DNA of 64,000 nt. It comes from an uncultured Chloroflexia bacterium (lineage in GTDB: Bacteria; Chloroflexota; Limnocylindria; Limnocylindrales; CSP1-4). The notes under the pieces were generated by a model, which worked only from the letters and a program-made list of their open reading frames with translations, did no database searches and had not been told where the DNA came from. Positions 30,936 to 39,777 of this stretch are shown piece by piece; position 1 is the stretch's first letter; each line of letters opens with the position of its first letter. The translations under genes were made by a program, and so were the position numbers. The DNA lies in the NCBI GenBank assembly GCA_963813535.1, contig CAWEZH010000003.1:288001-352000 (forward strand), written 5' to 3'.

Positions 30936-31375
30936 CTTCCGATGCAAGGCGCAGGCCGACGGAACGTGTCTTCCCGCTTAGCGCCGTCGCGCGGGTTCCC
31001 CGTAGTCCCGTTGCCATCGGCGCTAGGCGGCCCAGACCACATGACCACGAGAATGTCCGACAGCGGAAGCGGCGCGACCGAACCATCAAACGCGCGCTTT
31101 GGCGTGGCGGTCCCCTTCGAGTTCGAGCAGTCCGGCTTCCCCAAGAGGCGAATGGACTTCAGTGCCACGATCCGGCTCCCCGACCAGTCGCTCGGGTGAC
31201 ATTCCCGTCGCCGATATCTCGGCCACGTGCAGCACGAAGTCGTCCGCGATCTCCCGCATCCTGCCGGGAACGGTAATGCATGCCGTTTCGGCCCGGGTCG
31301 GACTCTCGACGACAGAATGATGGGCCGACTCCGTATGGGAGACGGCCCACTGACGCCGGTTTCCTGGGAGGAGTG

Positions 31376-31870
31376 CTACCGAGCGAGTGCCGGCTCGCCC
31401 CTGTAGGCCTCCTCGAGCTTGGCGACGTCGATCTTGGTCATCTCGAGCATCGCCTTCGTCGCGCGCTCGGCGGCGGCGCGATCGTCGCTCTCCATCATCT
31501 CGTTCAGGCGGCGCGGGACGACCTGCCACGAGACGCCGAAGCGATCCTTCAGCCAGCCGCACACGCTGTGCTCGCCGCCACCCTTGACCAGGGCGTCCCA
31601 ATAGCGGTCGACCTCGGCCTGATCCTTGCAGTCGATCATGAACGAGATCGCCTCGTTGAACTTGAATTCGGGGCCGCCGTTGAGCCCGACGAACTTGCTG
31701 CCGTCGACGGTGAACTCGACCGTGATGACCTCGCCCTTCTGGTTGCTCGGTGTCACGGCCGCGGCCTTGACGACCTTGTCGACCCGACTGTTCGGGAACG
31801 TCGACGTGTAGAACCGGGCCGCCTCTTCGGCGTTGCCGTCGAACCACAGGCATGGGGTGATGTTCTGCAC
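31376..31870 (-). CDS. VOC family protein (PhnB/3-demethylubiquinone-9 3-methyltransferase-like)
   Basis: ITPCLWFD, LNGGP, QAEVDRYW, CGWLKDRFGVSWQV; RBS AAGGAGG. Confidence 0.92.
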   Translation of the reverse strand: MQNITPCLWFDGNAEEAARFYTSTFPNSRVDKVVKAAAVTPSNQKGEVITVEFTVDGSKFVGLNGGPEFKFNEAISFMIDCKDQAEVDRYWDALVKGGGEHSVCGWLKDRFGVSWQVVPRRLNEMMESDDRAAAERATKAMLEMTKIDVAKLEEAYRGEPALAR

Positions 31871-31982
31871 GGTGTACCTCCTTGTCCGTGCTGGCTTTCC
31901 TTGGATTACAGCAGCGTTACACGCGGGTCATCTGGTCGGCACAACGGCGCTCCGTGGCCGGGGTTGCAGGTCACTCTCGTTT

Positions 31983-32306
31983 TCACGGCGCCGAGTCCGG
32001 CGCCTGCGCAGACCGCCCGATAACGATGTCGTCCTCCGGGTGTCGCTTCAGGTAACTCTGGACATATGGACACATGGGGATGACCCGCAGCTCCCGCCGA
32101 CGGGCGTCCTCGAGCGCGAAGCGGACGAGCGCGGAACCCACGCCCCGGCCCTCATGGACTGGTAGCACCTCCGTGTGGATGAGGGCGATCCGCCCGCGCG
32201 TGACCTTGTATTCGAGGACGCCCGCGAGCTCACCGTCGAGGTGGGCCTCATAGCGCTCGCGCTCGGACGCGTCGGTGATGACGGGTCGCGCAGGCGAAGG
32301 ACTCAT
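31983..32306 (-). CDS. Small GNAT family acetyltransferase (YjdJ-like)
   Basis: HTEV....GRGVGSALV, IPMCPYV motifs. Confidence 0.88.
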   Translation of the reverse strand: MSPSPARPVITDASERERYEAHLDGELAGVLEYKVTRGRIALIHTEVLPVHEGRGVGSALVRFALEDARRRELRVIPMCPYVQSYLKRHPEDDIVIGRSAQAPDSAP

Positions 32307-32316
32307 GGCCACCATG

Positions 32317-33039
32317 CTAGGCGCGGACCGGGCCTAGGCGGACGCGATCGAAGCCGACTAGATGACAGGCGCGTCGTCCGGGTTTGTCGGGCTTGTCGGG
32401 CTTCTCGGGCTTGTCGGGCTTCTCGGGCTTGTCGGGCTTGTCGGGCTTCTCGGGCTTGTCCGGCTTGTCCGGCTTCTCCGGCTTGTCCGGCTTGTCGGGC
32501 TTCTCCGGCTTGTCGGGCTCCTCCGGCTTGTCCGGCTCCTCGCGCGGCTTGGACGCCTCGCGATCCGCATCGGGCGGACGGCCGGGCGTCGAACCGCTGG
32601 AGCGCTCCGCCGGCAGGGCAGGTTCCTTCGCCGCCCGCGGCGTGCCGTTCGTCGCCGGAGCATCGTCCGCTTCTCCAGTGGGCGACGGCTCGCTGGGGAC
32701 ACCCGGATCTTCGGGGCCGGCCGGGACCCCGGTCGAGGATGGTGTCGCGTCCGTATCAGCCGGCAGGATCACCATTGCCAGGCCGTCTGGGCTCCGGACC
32801 GGCACATGGTCGGCCGCAAGGACCACTCCATCTCGTGACACGGACGAGGTGGCGGCGACCGGCGTGAACACCAGACCGAGGACGGCGGTGACCGCGATGG
32901 CGACACCGAGCCCAAGCACTGTCTGGAACCATGACGACTGCACGATGCGACCTCCGACCGCACGACCTGCGCTGCTAACCCTATCCCTACTGGCAATGCC
33001 CTCGCGGCCGGTCTCGCATGGGACGCACCGGGGCTGCAA
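32317..33039 (-). CDS. Membrane-anchored or secreted low-complexity protein with (D/E)KP repeats; both ends uncertain
   Basis: Hydrophobic helix VLGLGVAIAVTAVLGLVF followed by a Pro-rich linker and tandem D/E-K-P repeats. Confidence 0.55.
   Translation of the reverse strand: MQPRCVPCETGREGIASRDRVSSAGRAVGGRIVQSSWFQTVLGLGVAIAVTAVLGLVFTPVAATSSVSRDGVVLAADHVPVRSPDGLAMVILPADTDATPSSTGVPAGPEDPGVPSEPSPTGEADDAPATNGTPRAAKEPALPAERSSGSTPGRPPDADREASKPREEPDKPEEPDKPEKPDKPDKPEKPDKPDKPEKPDKPDKPEKPDKPEKPDKPDKPGRRACHLVGFDRVRLGPVRA
32381..32545. repeat. Coding tandem repeat of 9-bp units (GGCTTGTC[GC]/GGCTTCTC[GC])
   Basis: Directly visible tandem array encoding DKP/EKP on the minus strand. Confidence 0.9.
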
Positions 33040-33066
33040 ATTCCTTCCGGCACTGCCGCTGACACC

Positions 33067-35186
33067 CTAGGCGCGGCCCGCGGCGGTCTCCTCTTCGCGG
33101 GTGCGGCCGGCCAGCTGGATCAGGTCCTCATGGAGCTCGAACCAGATGCCGTGGTAGCTATCGACTCGGGGTGAGGCGACGAAGCGGCCGTCGCCCGACC
33201 GTGCCGCATCCAACGCTCGCCCGAGCCGGGCACCGTAGTCGCCAAGACGCGGCAGCGCCGCCTCGGTCGGGGCGAGCCAGGCCGTCGCCTCGGCGTGGAT
33301 CGCCGTCAGCTGCTCGAGGACACCAGCGTCGTAGTCGGCGTCAGCGTGGTCGTTGATCGTCTGTGGATCGCGCATCTGCCAGGCGGTGACGACCTCCTTC
33401 ACCCGGTGATCGATCTCGAGGAAGGCATCGAGCGCCGCTGCCGCGTTCTCGGCGCCCCACTTCTCGCGTTCCTCGGTCAGCAACCCCTCGGTACGAGATC
33501 GGCCCGCGTCGGTGAGCTTGTACGCCCCGGCACTGGATGCGACGAGGCCATCCGCGGCGAGTGCATCGATGACGGGGCCGAGCTCCTCCGGTTTCGCCAT
33601 GACCGCGTCGGCGACACCGTCGGCTAGCGCGAAACCCTTGATCGCGATCGCGCGGAGCACGCGGTCGGGCTCGATCGGGCCTCCCGAAGAAACAGTCATG
33701 TCGGCCGATTCCGGCGGTGAGCCCTCGATCTCGATGCCGGCCTCGCGCGCCCACTGGAGCAGCGTGGCGGCCTCCGGGGCGATCTCGGTGGCACCCGCGA
33801 CCGCGCCCTCGAAGACCTCGCCCGTACCGCCATCGATCGTGACACGTCACCCGCCTCGAGCACCCGCCCGTCGATGCGGATCTCGCCGTCACGGACCTCG
33901 ATGCCCCCAGCGCCGACGACGGCTGGGATGCCCCACCCACGCGCGACGACGGCGGCGTGACTGGCGAGCCCGCCGCGGGACGTGAGGATGCCCGCCGCAC
34001 GCGACATCCCGTGGACATCGTCGGGCGACGTCTCGGCACGGACGAGGATGGCCGGCGTGCCCCCCTCGGCCGACGCCACCGCGGAGTCCGGGTCGGTGAC
34101 GATGGGCCCGCTGGCGACGCCCGGCGAGGCGGCCAGCCCGGTCGTCAGCGGCACGGCGTCGGAGGCATGTCCGGTGGCGACGCGAGGCGGATCCACCAGC
34201 AAGGGCAGCACCCGTCGGACGGCCTGCTCCCGCGTCAACGGGAAGTCCTCGTCGTGTGCCATGTCGACCGCGATCCGCAACGCCGCCTGCGGCGAACGCT
34301 TGCCGACCCGGACCTGGAGCAGCCACAACTTGCCGTCCTCGATCGTGAACTCGATGTCGCACAGGTCGGCGTAGTGGTGTTCGAGCCGCTCGGCCGCGGC
34401 GCGCAGCTCGCGAGCCACGGCCGGCAATCGCGTGTCGAGCACGGCGATCGGCTCGGTCTGGTGGGTGCCGGCGACGACGTCCTCACCCTGGGCGTCGAAC
34501 AGGACATCGCCGTAGAGCGTCGGCTCCCCGGTCGCCGGGTTGCGGGTGAACAGCACGCCCGTGCCCGAGTCGGAGCCGCGGTTGCCGAACACCATGGCCT
34601 GGACCGTCACTGCCGTGCCGAGGTCGTCGGGGATGCCTTCCTTCTGCCGATACGTCCTGGCCCGATCGCTCTGCCACGACCGGAAGACGGCCTCGATCGC
34701 CAAGCGGAGCTGGGCCCATGGATCCTCCGGCACATCCTCGACGCCGACGATCGAGCGGAACGACTCCTCGAACCGCCGCCGGCATTCCTCCGCGAAGTCC
34801 GCATCCCGGGCCACCGCCCCGAGACCGCGCGTCGTCTCGTCGTTGAGCCCGAGATCGAGGACCGTGTCCATCATCCCGGGCATCGACACCGGGGCACCGG
34901 AGCGGACGCTCACGAGCAGCGGGTCCGAGGGATCACCGAAGCGCCGCCCGACCGCCTGCTCGACCGCGGTCATCGCTGTCCGGATCTCGTCCTCCAGCCC
35001 GTCGGGCCAGCCGTCGGCCAGGAACTCGCGGCAGGTCTGGGTGGTGATCGCGAACCCCGGCGGTACGGGCAGCACCAGATCCCGCGCCATCACGCCGAGG
35101 TTGGCCGCCTTGCCGCCGACCAGCGCCTTGGCCTCGTCGAGCGTTTCGCCGTGCGGCTCGTCGAGCGCGTAGACGAACCGGCTCAC
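33067..35186 (-). CDS. Truncated pyruvate phosphate dikinase-like protein (ATP-grasp plus His swivel domain, no PEP barrel) fused to a wHTH/helical domain; one-base indel near 33843
   Basis: VGGKAANL, PVPPGF, LVSVRSGAPVSMPGMMDT, VQAMVFGN, GEDVV, DIEFTIE, GGLASHAAVVAR; after the indel the frame ITIDGGTGEVF...LLQWA runs without a stop into the 33067-33699 ORF. Confidence 0.8.
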
Positions 35187-37453
35187 GACACGGAGTCCCC
35201 GCCCCGCTCGCCCGCCTCCTGCAACGCCCGCCAGACGCGCTCGGGCGACAGCGGCAGGTCGCGGATGACCGCGCCCGTCGCATCCGCCACAGCGCCGGCG
35301 ACGGCGGGAGCGACCGGCAGCAGGGCACCCTCGCTCATGCCCTTCGCTCCGTACGGTCCGGGACCGTCCGCGTTCTCGACGATGTCGCTCTGCGTTTCGA
35401 GCGGGAGGTCCATCGACGTCGGGATCCGGTAATCGATCGCGCCGAGATTCCGGATCCGACCGGCGTCATCCCAGATGTAGTGCTCCATCAGCGTGTGCCC
35501 CAGCCCCATCACGGCGGCGCCCTCGTCCTGGCCGCGGACCTGCAGCGGATTCAGCGCCGTGCCGACGTCCGACACGGTCACGTACCGGGAGATCGAGATG
35601 TCACCGGTCTCGCGATCGACCTCGACCTCGACCGCGGTGGCATTGAACTCATAGAACGCGGCGGTGCCGCCGAGGGGATGGTCGGGCTCGGCGTCCTTGC
35701 GCATCTCACCGACGCCGATGATCTCCCCGCCGAGGCGCCCGAGCCCGCGTTTCACGACGTCGCCGATCGGGAGCGTCCGCTCGCCGATGCGGACCTCGCC
35801 GTGCTCGACGGTGATCGACGCCTCGTCGACCGACTCGAGCCGCGCCGCCATCGACCGGACCTTCACCTGGATGTCGCGACATGCGCGCAGGACCGCGTTC
35901 CCCATGAACACCGACGATCGACTGGCCGACGTCTGCTGGTCGTACGGGACGACCGCGGTGTCGCCGCTGACGACGGTCACCCACTCCAGCGGTGCGCCGA
36001 GCTCGTCGGCCGCGATCTGGGCGAAGATCGTCCGTGCGCCCTGGCCCATGTCGGACGTGCCCGCGTAGACCACGACGCTGCCGTCGACCAGGAGCCGGAC
36101 CGTCGAGTAGGACAACCCCGTCGTCGGGCCCGATTTCAGCCCGACGGCGATCCCTCGGCCGCGACCCTCGGGCGTGGGCGAGCCCCAGTCGATCATCTCG
36201 GCTGCGCGCCGCACGGCCACCGCCCAGTCCCCATCGGCCGGCGTGTCGCCGGGGATGAACTCGTCGCCGGGACCCGCGAGATTGCGCAGCCGGAGCTCGA
36301 GCGGGTCGATGCCGAGCTCCCGGGCCGCCTCGTTCATGTTCGACTCGACCGCCCAGATCTGCTGCGGATTGCCAAACCCACGGAACGCCGTGGACGGCAC
36401 GGTGTGGGACAGCACGCTCCGGGCGACGATCCGCACCGACGGACATCGGTACGGCCCCATCGAGGTGTAGCTGCCCTTGGCCACCGTCCGATCGGCGATG
36501 TCGGCGTACGCGCCGATGAGGTAGTTCGCCTCGAGATCGCGGAAGACGAGCGTCCCATCACGCTGGAAACCCGTCCGGACATGGACCTCGGCCGCTCCCC
36601 GGCGGACGGCCTGGAACGTCTCCTCGAGGGTGAGGACGAGGCGCACCGGTCGGCCCGTCGCGCGGGCCATGAAGGCCAGCAACGGCTCGTACTTCGCGTG
36701 CTGCTTGCCACCGAACGCCCCACCCGGATCGGGCGCGTGGATGCGGACCTTGGCGAGCGGGAGCTGGAGAAGCTCGGCGGTCACCCGCTGGAGCCAATTC
36801 GGATGCTGGATGGCGCTCCAGACGGCGATGCCGTCCCCATCCGGCGCGGCCATGAACGCATGCGGCTCGATCGCGAACTGCGTGACCATCGGGAAGTGAT
36901 ACGTGCCCTCGACGACGACCTCGGCGGTGGGCGCGGCCGCGTCGACGGCTTCGCCCCAGGCATGCCGGTGCTCGTGGAGGACGTTGCTGGTCGCATGCGG
37001 ATCGTCGGGGCGCAACGCGGGGTCCTGGACGAGCGGGGCATCCGGTGCCAGGGCGGCCGCCAGCGTGTGCAGGGCGGGCAGCTCCTCGAACTGCACCTCG
37101 ACCAGGCCGGCGCCCTCCTCGGCGGCATCCCTGGTCTCCGCGGCGACCGCCGCGACCGGATCCCCGTGGTATTTGGTCTCCCCCGATGCGATGACCGGTC
37201 GGTCGCGTCGTTGCGGCCCGAACCGGGGGATGGGCTGCGGCAGGTCGGCGGCGGTCATGACCATCCGGACGCCCGGCACCGCGCAGGCCGCAGTCGTGTC
37301 GATCGGCCCGATGCGTGCCCGGGCGACCGGCAGCGTGACGAGCTTGACGTGGAGGACGTCGTCGAGCGGGATGTCGGCGACGTACGCCTGCCGTCCGGTG
37401 ACGCGATCGAGGCCGCCGACGCGCACGGCCGGGTCGCCGACGACGCGGCTCAT
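35183..37453 (-). CDS. Xanthine dehydrogenase family molybdopterin-binding large subunit
   Basis: RVTGRQAY..D, GGAFGGK, AFRGFG, DMGQG, SASRS, GQDEG, DYRIPT, GAKGMSE. Confidence 0.93.
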   Translation of the reverse strand: MSRVVGDPAVRVGGLDRVTGRQAYVADIPLDDVLHVKLVTLPVARARIGPIDTTAACAVPGVRMVMTAADLPQPIPRFGPQRRDRPVIASGETKYHGDPVAAVAAETRDAAEEGAGLVEVQFEELPALHTLAAALAPDAPLVQDPALRPDDPHATSNVLHEHRHAWGEAVDAAAPTAEVVVEGTYHFPMVTQFAIEPHAFMAAPDGDGIAVWSAIQHPNWLQRVTAELLQLPLAKVRIHAPDPGGAFGGKQHAKYEPLLAFMARATGRPVRLVLTLEETFQAVRRGAAEVHVRTGFQRDGTLVFRDLEANYLIGAYADIADRTVAKGSYTSMGPYRCPSVRIVARSVLSHTVPSTAFRGFGNPQQIWAVESNMNEAARELGIDPLELRLRNLAGPGDEFIPGDTPADGDWAVAVRRAAEMIDWGSPTPEGRGRGIAVGLKSGPTTGLSYSTVRLLVDGSVVVYAGTSDMGQGARTIFAQIAADELGAPLEWVTVVSGDTAVVPYDQQTSASRSSVFMGNAVLRACRDIQVKVRSMAARLESVDEASITVEHGEVRIGERTLPIGDVVKRGLGRLGGEIIGVGEMRKDAEPDHPLGGTAAFYEFNATAVEVEVDRETGDISISRYVTVSDVGTALNPLQVRGQDEGAAVMGLGHTLMEHYIWDDAGRIRNLGAIDYRIPTSMDLPLETQSDIVENADGPGPYGAKGMSEGALLPVAPAVAGAVADATGAVIRDLPLSPERVWRALQEAGERGGDSVS

Positions 37454-37995
37454 TGCGGCGCGACCGAGGCGTCGGGGGTCGATGCGACGTCCACCGGGGC
37501 CGGCACGGGATGGGTCGCATCCTCGCCGCTCCGCCGCTCCGCGGCCATGGCCACGGCCTCGATGATCTGCTCGTAGCCGGCGCAGCGGCAGAGGTTGCCG
37601 GCGAGGCCTTCCTCGATCTCGGCACGGTTCGGATGGGGGATCTCCGTCAACAACGCCCTCGCCGACACGAGCTGGCCCGGGATACAGAAGCCGCACTGGG
37701 CGGCACCGGTCTCGAGGAACGCGTCCTGGAGGGGGTCGAGCCGGTCGCCGACGGCAAGCCCCTCGACCGTCGTGACCGCGGCGCCATCGGCCTCGACGCC
37801 GAGCATCAGGCACGAGTCGACGCTCTCACCGTCGACGATGACGGTGCACGCGCCGCACTCCCCGACCAGGCAGCACTCCTTCGTGCCGGTCAGACCGAGG
37901 TCGTCGCGCAGGACGTCGAGCAGCGTGTGGTGGACCTCGACGTCCACGGATCGGGCCCGGCCGTTGACGGTGACGTCGATGCGGCGGGTGGTCAT
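37450..37995 (-). CDS. Xanthine dehydrogenase family 2Fe-2S small subunit
   Basis: GTKECCLVGECGACTV, QCGFCIPG, GNLCRCAGY. Confidence 0.95.
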   Translation of the reverse strand: MTTRRIDVTVNGRARSVDVEVHHTLLDVLRDDLGLTGTKECCLVGECGACTVIVDGESVDSCLMLGVEADGAAVTTVEGLAVGDRLDPLQDAFLETGAAQCGFCIPGQLVSARALLTEIPHPNRAEIEEGLAGNLCRCAGYEQIIEAVAMAAERRSGEDATHPVPAPVDVASTPDASVAPQ

Positions 37996-38876
37996 CACAG
38001 GACGACCTTTCCGCTCAGCCCCGCGCGAAGCCGGTCGATCGCGATGTCGACCGCGCGCATCCCGAGCAATCGGAGCATCGCCAAGCGGTATTCCGGGCTC
38101 GCTCGCATCGAGGTGGGTGACGGGGCAGCCTCCGCGAACAGCTCGGCAAGCCGCTCGGCCCTCGCGTCCGGCGCCGCAGCCGGGTCGGCGAGCACACCCG
38201 AGTCGTCGACGACCAGCACCGGCCGCGGACCGACGCTCCCGTACGACAGGCGCGTCACCCCGTCCTCCCCGATCGCGCAGGCCATCGTCACCGACGCGAG
38301 GTCGTGCCCGCGCCGCCGCGTCCGCCGAAGGGCGACTGCCCCGCGCGGTCCCTCCGGCAGCGGCAGTTCGATCGCCGCGACGAGCTCCCCCGGGGCCAGC
38401 GTGGTGACGCCCGACCGGACGAAGAACCGGTCCACGGGGATCGTCCGACGTCCGCCCGGCCCGACCGCCACGACCCGCGCGCCGTACACGAGGAGTGCCG
38501 GGGCGGTGTCGGCCGCCGGCGACGCGTTGCAGATGTTCCCAGCCAACGTCGCTCGGTTGCGGATCTGCACCGACCCGACGACCGCCGCTCCCTCGGCCAG
38601 TGCCACGTAGTCGTGCTGGATCCGCTCGTCACGCATGAGGTCGGTCATCACGGTCCGCGCGCCGATCGTGAGCCAGCCGTCGCCAGCCCGGATCTCGCGC
38701 GCGAACTCTTCGATCCGCTTGACGTCGACGACCGTCGTCGGCCGGATCGACCCGTCTCGGATGCGGATGATCAGGTCGGTGCCACCGGCCAGCGGCCGCG
38801 CATCCTCACCGCGGTCGGCCAACAGCGCCAGCGCGTCGGCGAGCCGCTCCGGCCGCTCGTAGGCGAACGCGCGCAT
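37995..38876 (-). CDS. Xanthine dehydrogenase family FAD-binding medium subunit
   Basis: LAGGTDL, QIRNRATLAGNICNASPAAD, RASPEYR. Confidence 0.93.
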   Translation of the reverse strand: MRAFAYERPERLADALALLADRGEDARPLAGGTDLIIRIRDGSIRPTTVVDVKRIEEFAREIRAGDGWLTIGARTVMTDLMRDERIQHDYVALAEGAAVVGSVQIRNRATLAGNICNASPAADTAPALLVYGARVVAVGPGGRRTIPVDRFFVRSGVTTLAPGELVAAIELPLPEGPRGAVALRRTRRRGHDLASVTMACAIGEDGVTRLSYGSVGPRPVLVVDDSGVLADPAAAPDARAERLAELFAEAAPSPTSMRASPEYRLAMLRLLGMRAVDIAIDRLRAGLSGKVVL

Positions 38877-38886
38877 CGGTCCGGGC

Positions 38887-39777
38887 CTAGAGGACCCGCT
38901 CCACCTCGTCGAGGAGCACCTGCGGCGTCGCGGCCCGCACGAAGTGGTACGGGCGCTCGGTGAATCGCTCCACGAACCCGGCCCGCGCTGCTCGCCGCTC
39001 CGTGGTGTCGACCATCGGCATCGGATGGCCCGGTGCCAGCAGCTCGTTGAGCAGGAAGTAGTTCTGCAGCGAGTGGAACGTCTGGAACTGCCGCTCGAAC
39101 GGGATCATGTCGACGGTCGAGGCATCGAAGTTGCCGTCGATCGCGGGGACGATGACGACATCGACCGGATCGGGTTCCGTGTACAGGTCCCAGGTCGGCA
39201 TCTCGCCGAAGAACTTCTCGACGCCCCGCTCCGGGGCGGCCTTGTCGGCGCGCTCCGTCCCGACGTTGCGTTTCTTCAGGAACGGGTGCTTCGAGCCATC
39301 GATCACGCGGCCGTCCTCGTCGATGACGGTCGTCTCGGTCGAGACGAGGAGTGCGCCACGACGACACGCCTCGATCTGGCCCATCGACTTGCCGTGGTTC
39401 GACTCGCCGCCGAGGAACATGATCGTCTTGTCGCGAAAGCGGACCGCCGAGGCGTGGAAGGGATGCAGGCCGGCCGACTCCATCCGCAGCGCGAGCATCG
39501 TCACGACGACCTTCTGCATCGGGCCGGAGGGCCAATCGCCACTGAACGTCATCCGGCGCCCGTCATAGGCGATGCCCTTGGGCCGATCCCGATCCCACAC
39601 GATGTCGGGCTCGGTGAGCGTGGGCTCGGCGGCGATCCCGACGTCGGCGAGGCGGTAGTCGAGAAAATCCTTGTCGGCGAGCGCGTCGCCGACAGGCTCC
39701 GAGCCGTAGACGTCGATCCGCAGCCGGGCGGGTCCGGCCACGAACTCCTGCGAGAGCTGGAGGGTCTCGGTCGTCAC
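38887..39777 (-). CDS. Hypothetical HPr-kinase/PEPCK-like P-loop protein
   Basis: HPFHASAV followed by a beta strand and Walker A GESNHGKS, then GALLVSTETTVID; GTG start overlaps upstream stop. Confidence 0.6.
   Translation of the reverse strand: MTTETLQLSQEFVAGPARLRIDVYGSEPVGDALADKDFLDYRLADVGIAAEPTLTEPDIVWDRDRPKGIAYDGRRMTFSGDWPSGPMQKVVVTMLALRMESAGLHPFHASAVRFRDKTIMFLGGESNHGKSMGQIEACRRGALLVSTETTVIDEDGRVIDGSKHPFLKKRNVGTERADKAAPERGVEKFFGEMPTWDLYTEPDPVDVVIVPAIDGNFDASTVDMIPFERQFQTFHSLQNYFLLNELLAPGHPMPMVDTTERRAARAGFVERFTERPYHFVRAATPQVLLDEVERVL

Noticed and set aside
32381-32545. Tandem repeat as a CRISPR array
   Set aside because: 9-bp units with no unique spacers, in-frame peptide repeat, and no cas genes
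33696-35186. Canonical ppdK
   Set aside because: The C-terminal pyruvate/PEP-binding barrel is absent, so the symbol was withheld
482-35186. Programmed frameshifting or true pseudogenes at the split genes (about 1415, 1520, 15990, 18420, 28250, 33843)
   Set aside because: No slippery heptamers or consistent signals were noticed; the indels are scattered through otherwise intact genes, consistent with long-read errors
35183-38876. Aerobic CO dehydrogenase (coxMSL)
   Set aside because: The active-site loop reads AFRGFG rather than the form I AYxCSFR motif, and there are no cox accessory genes
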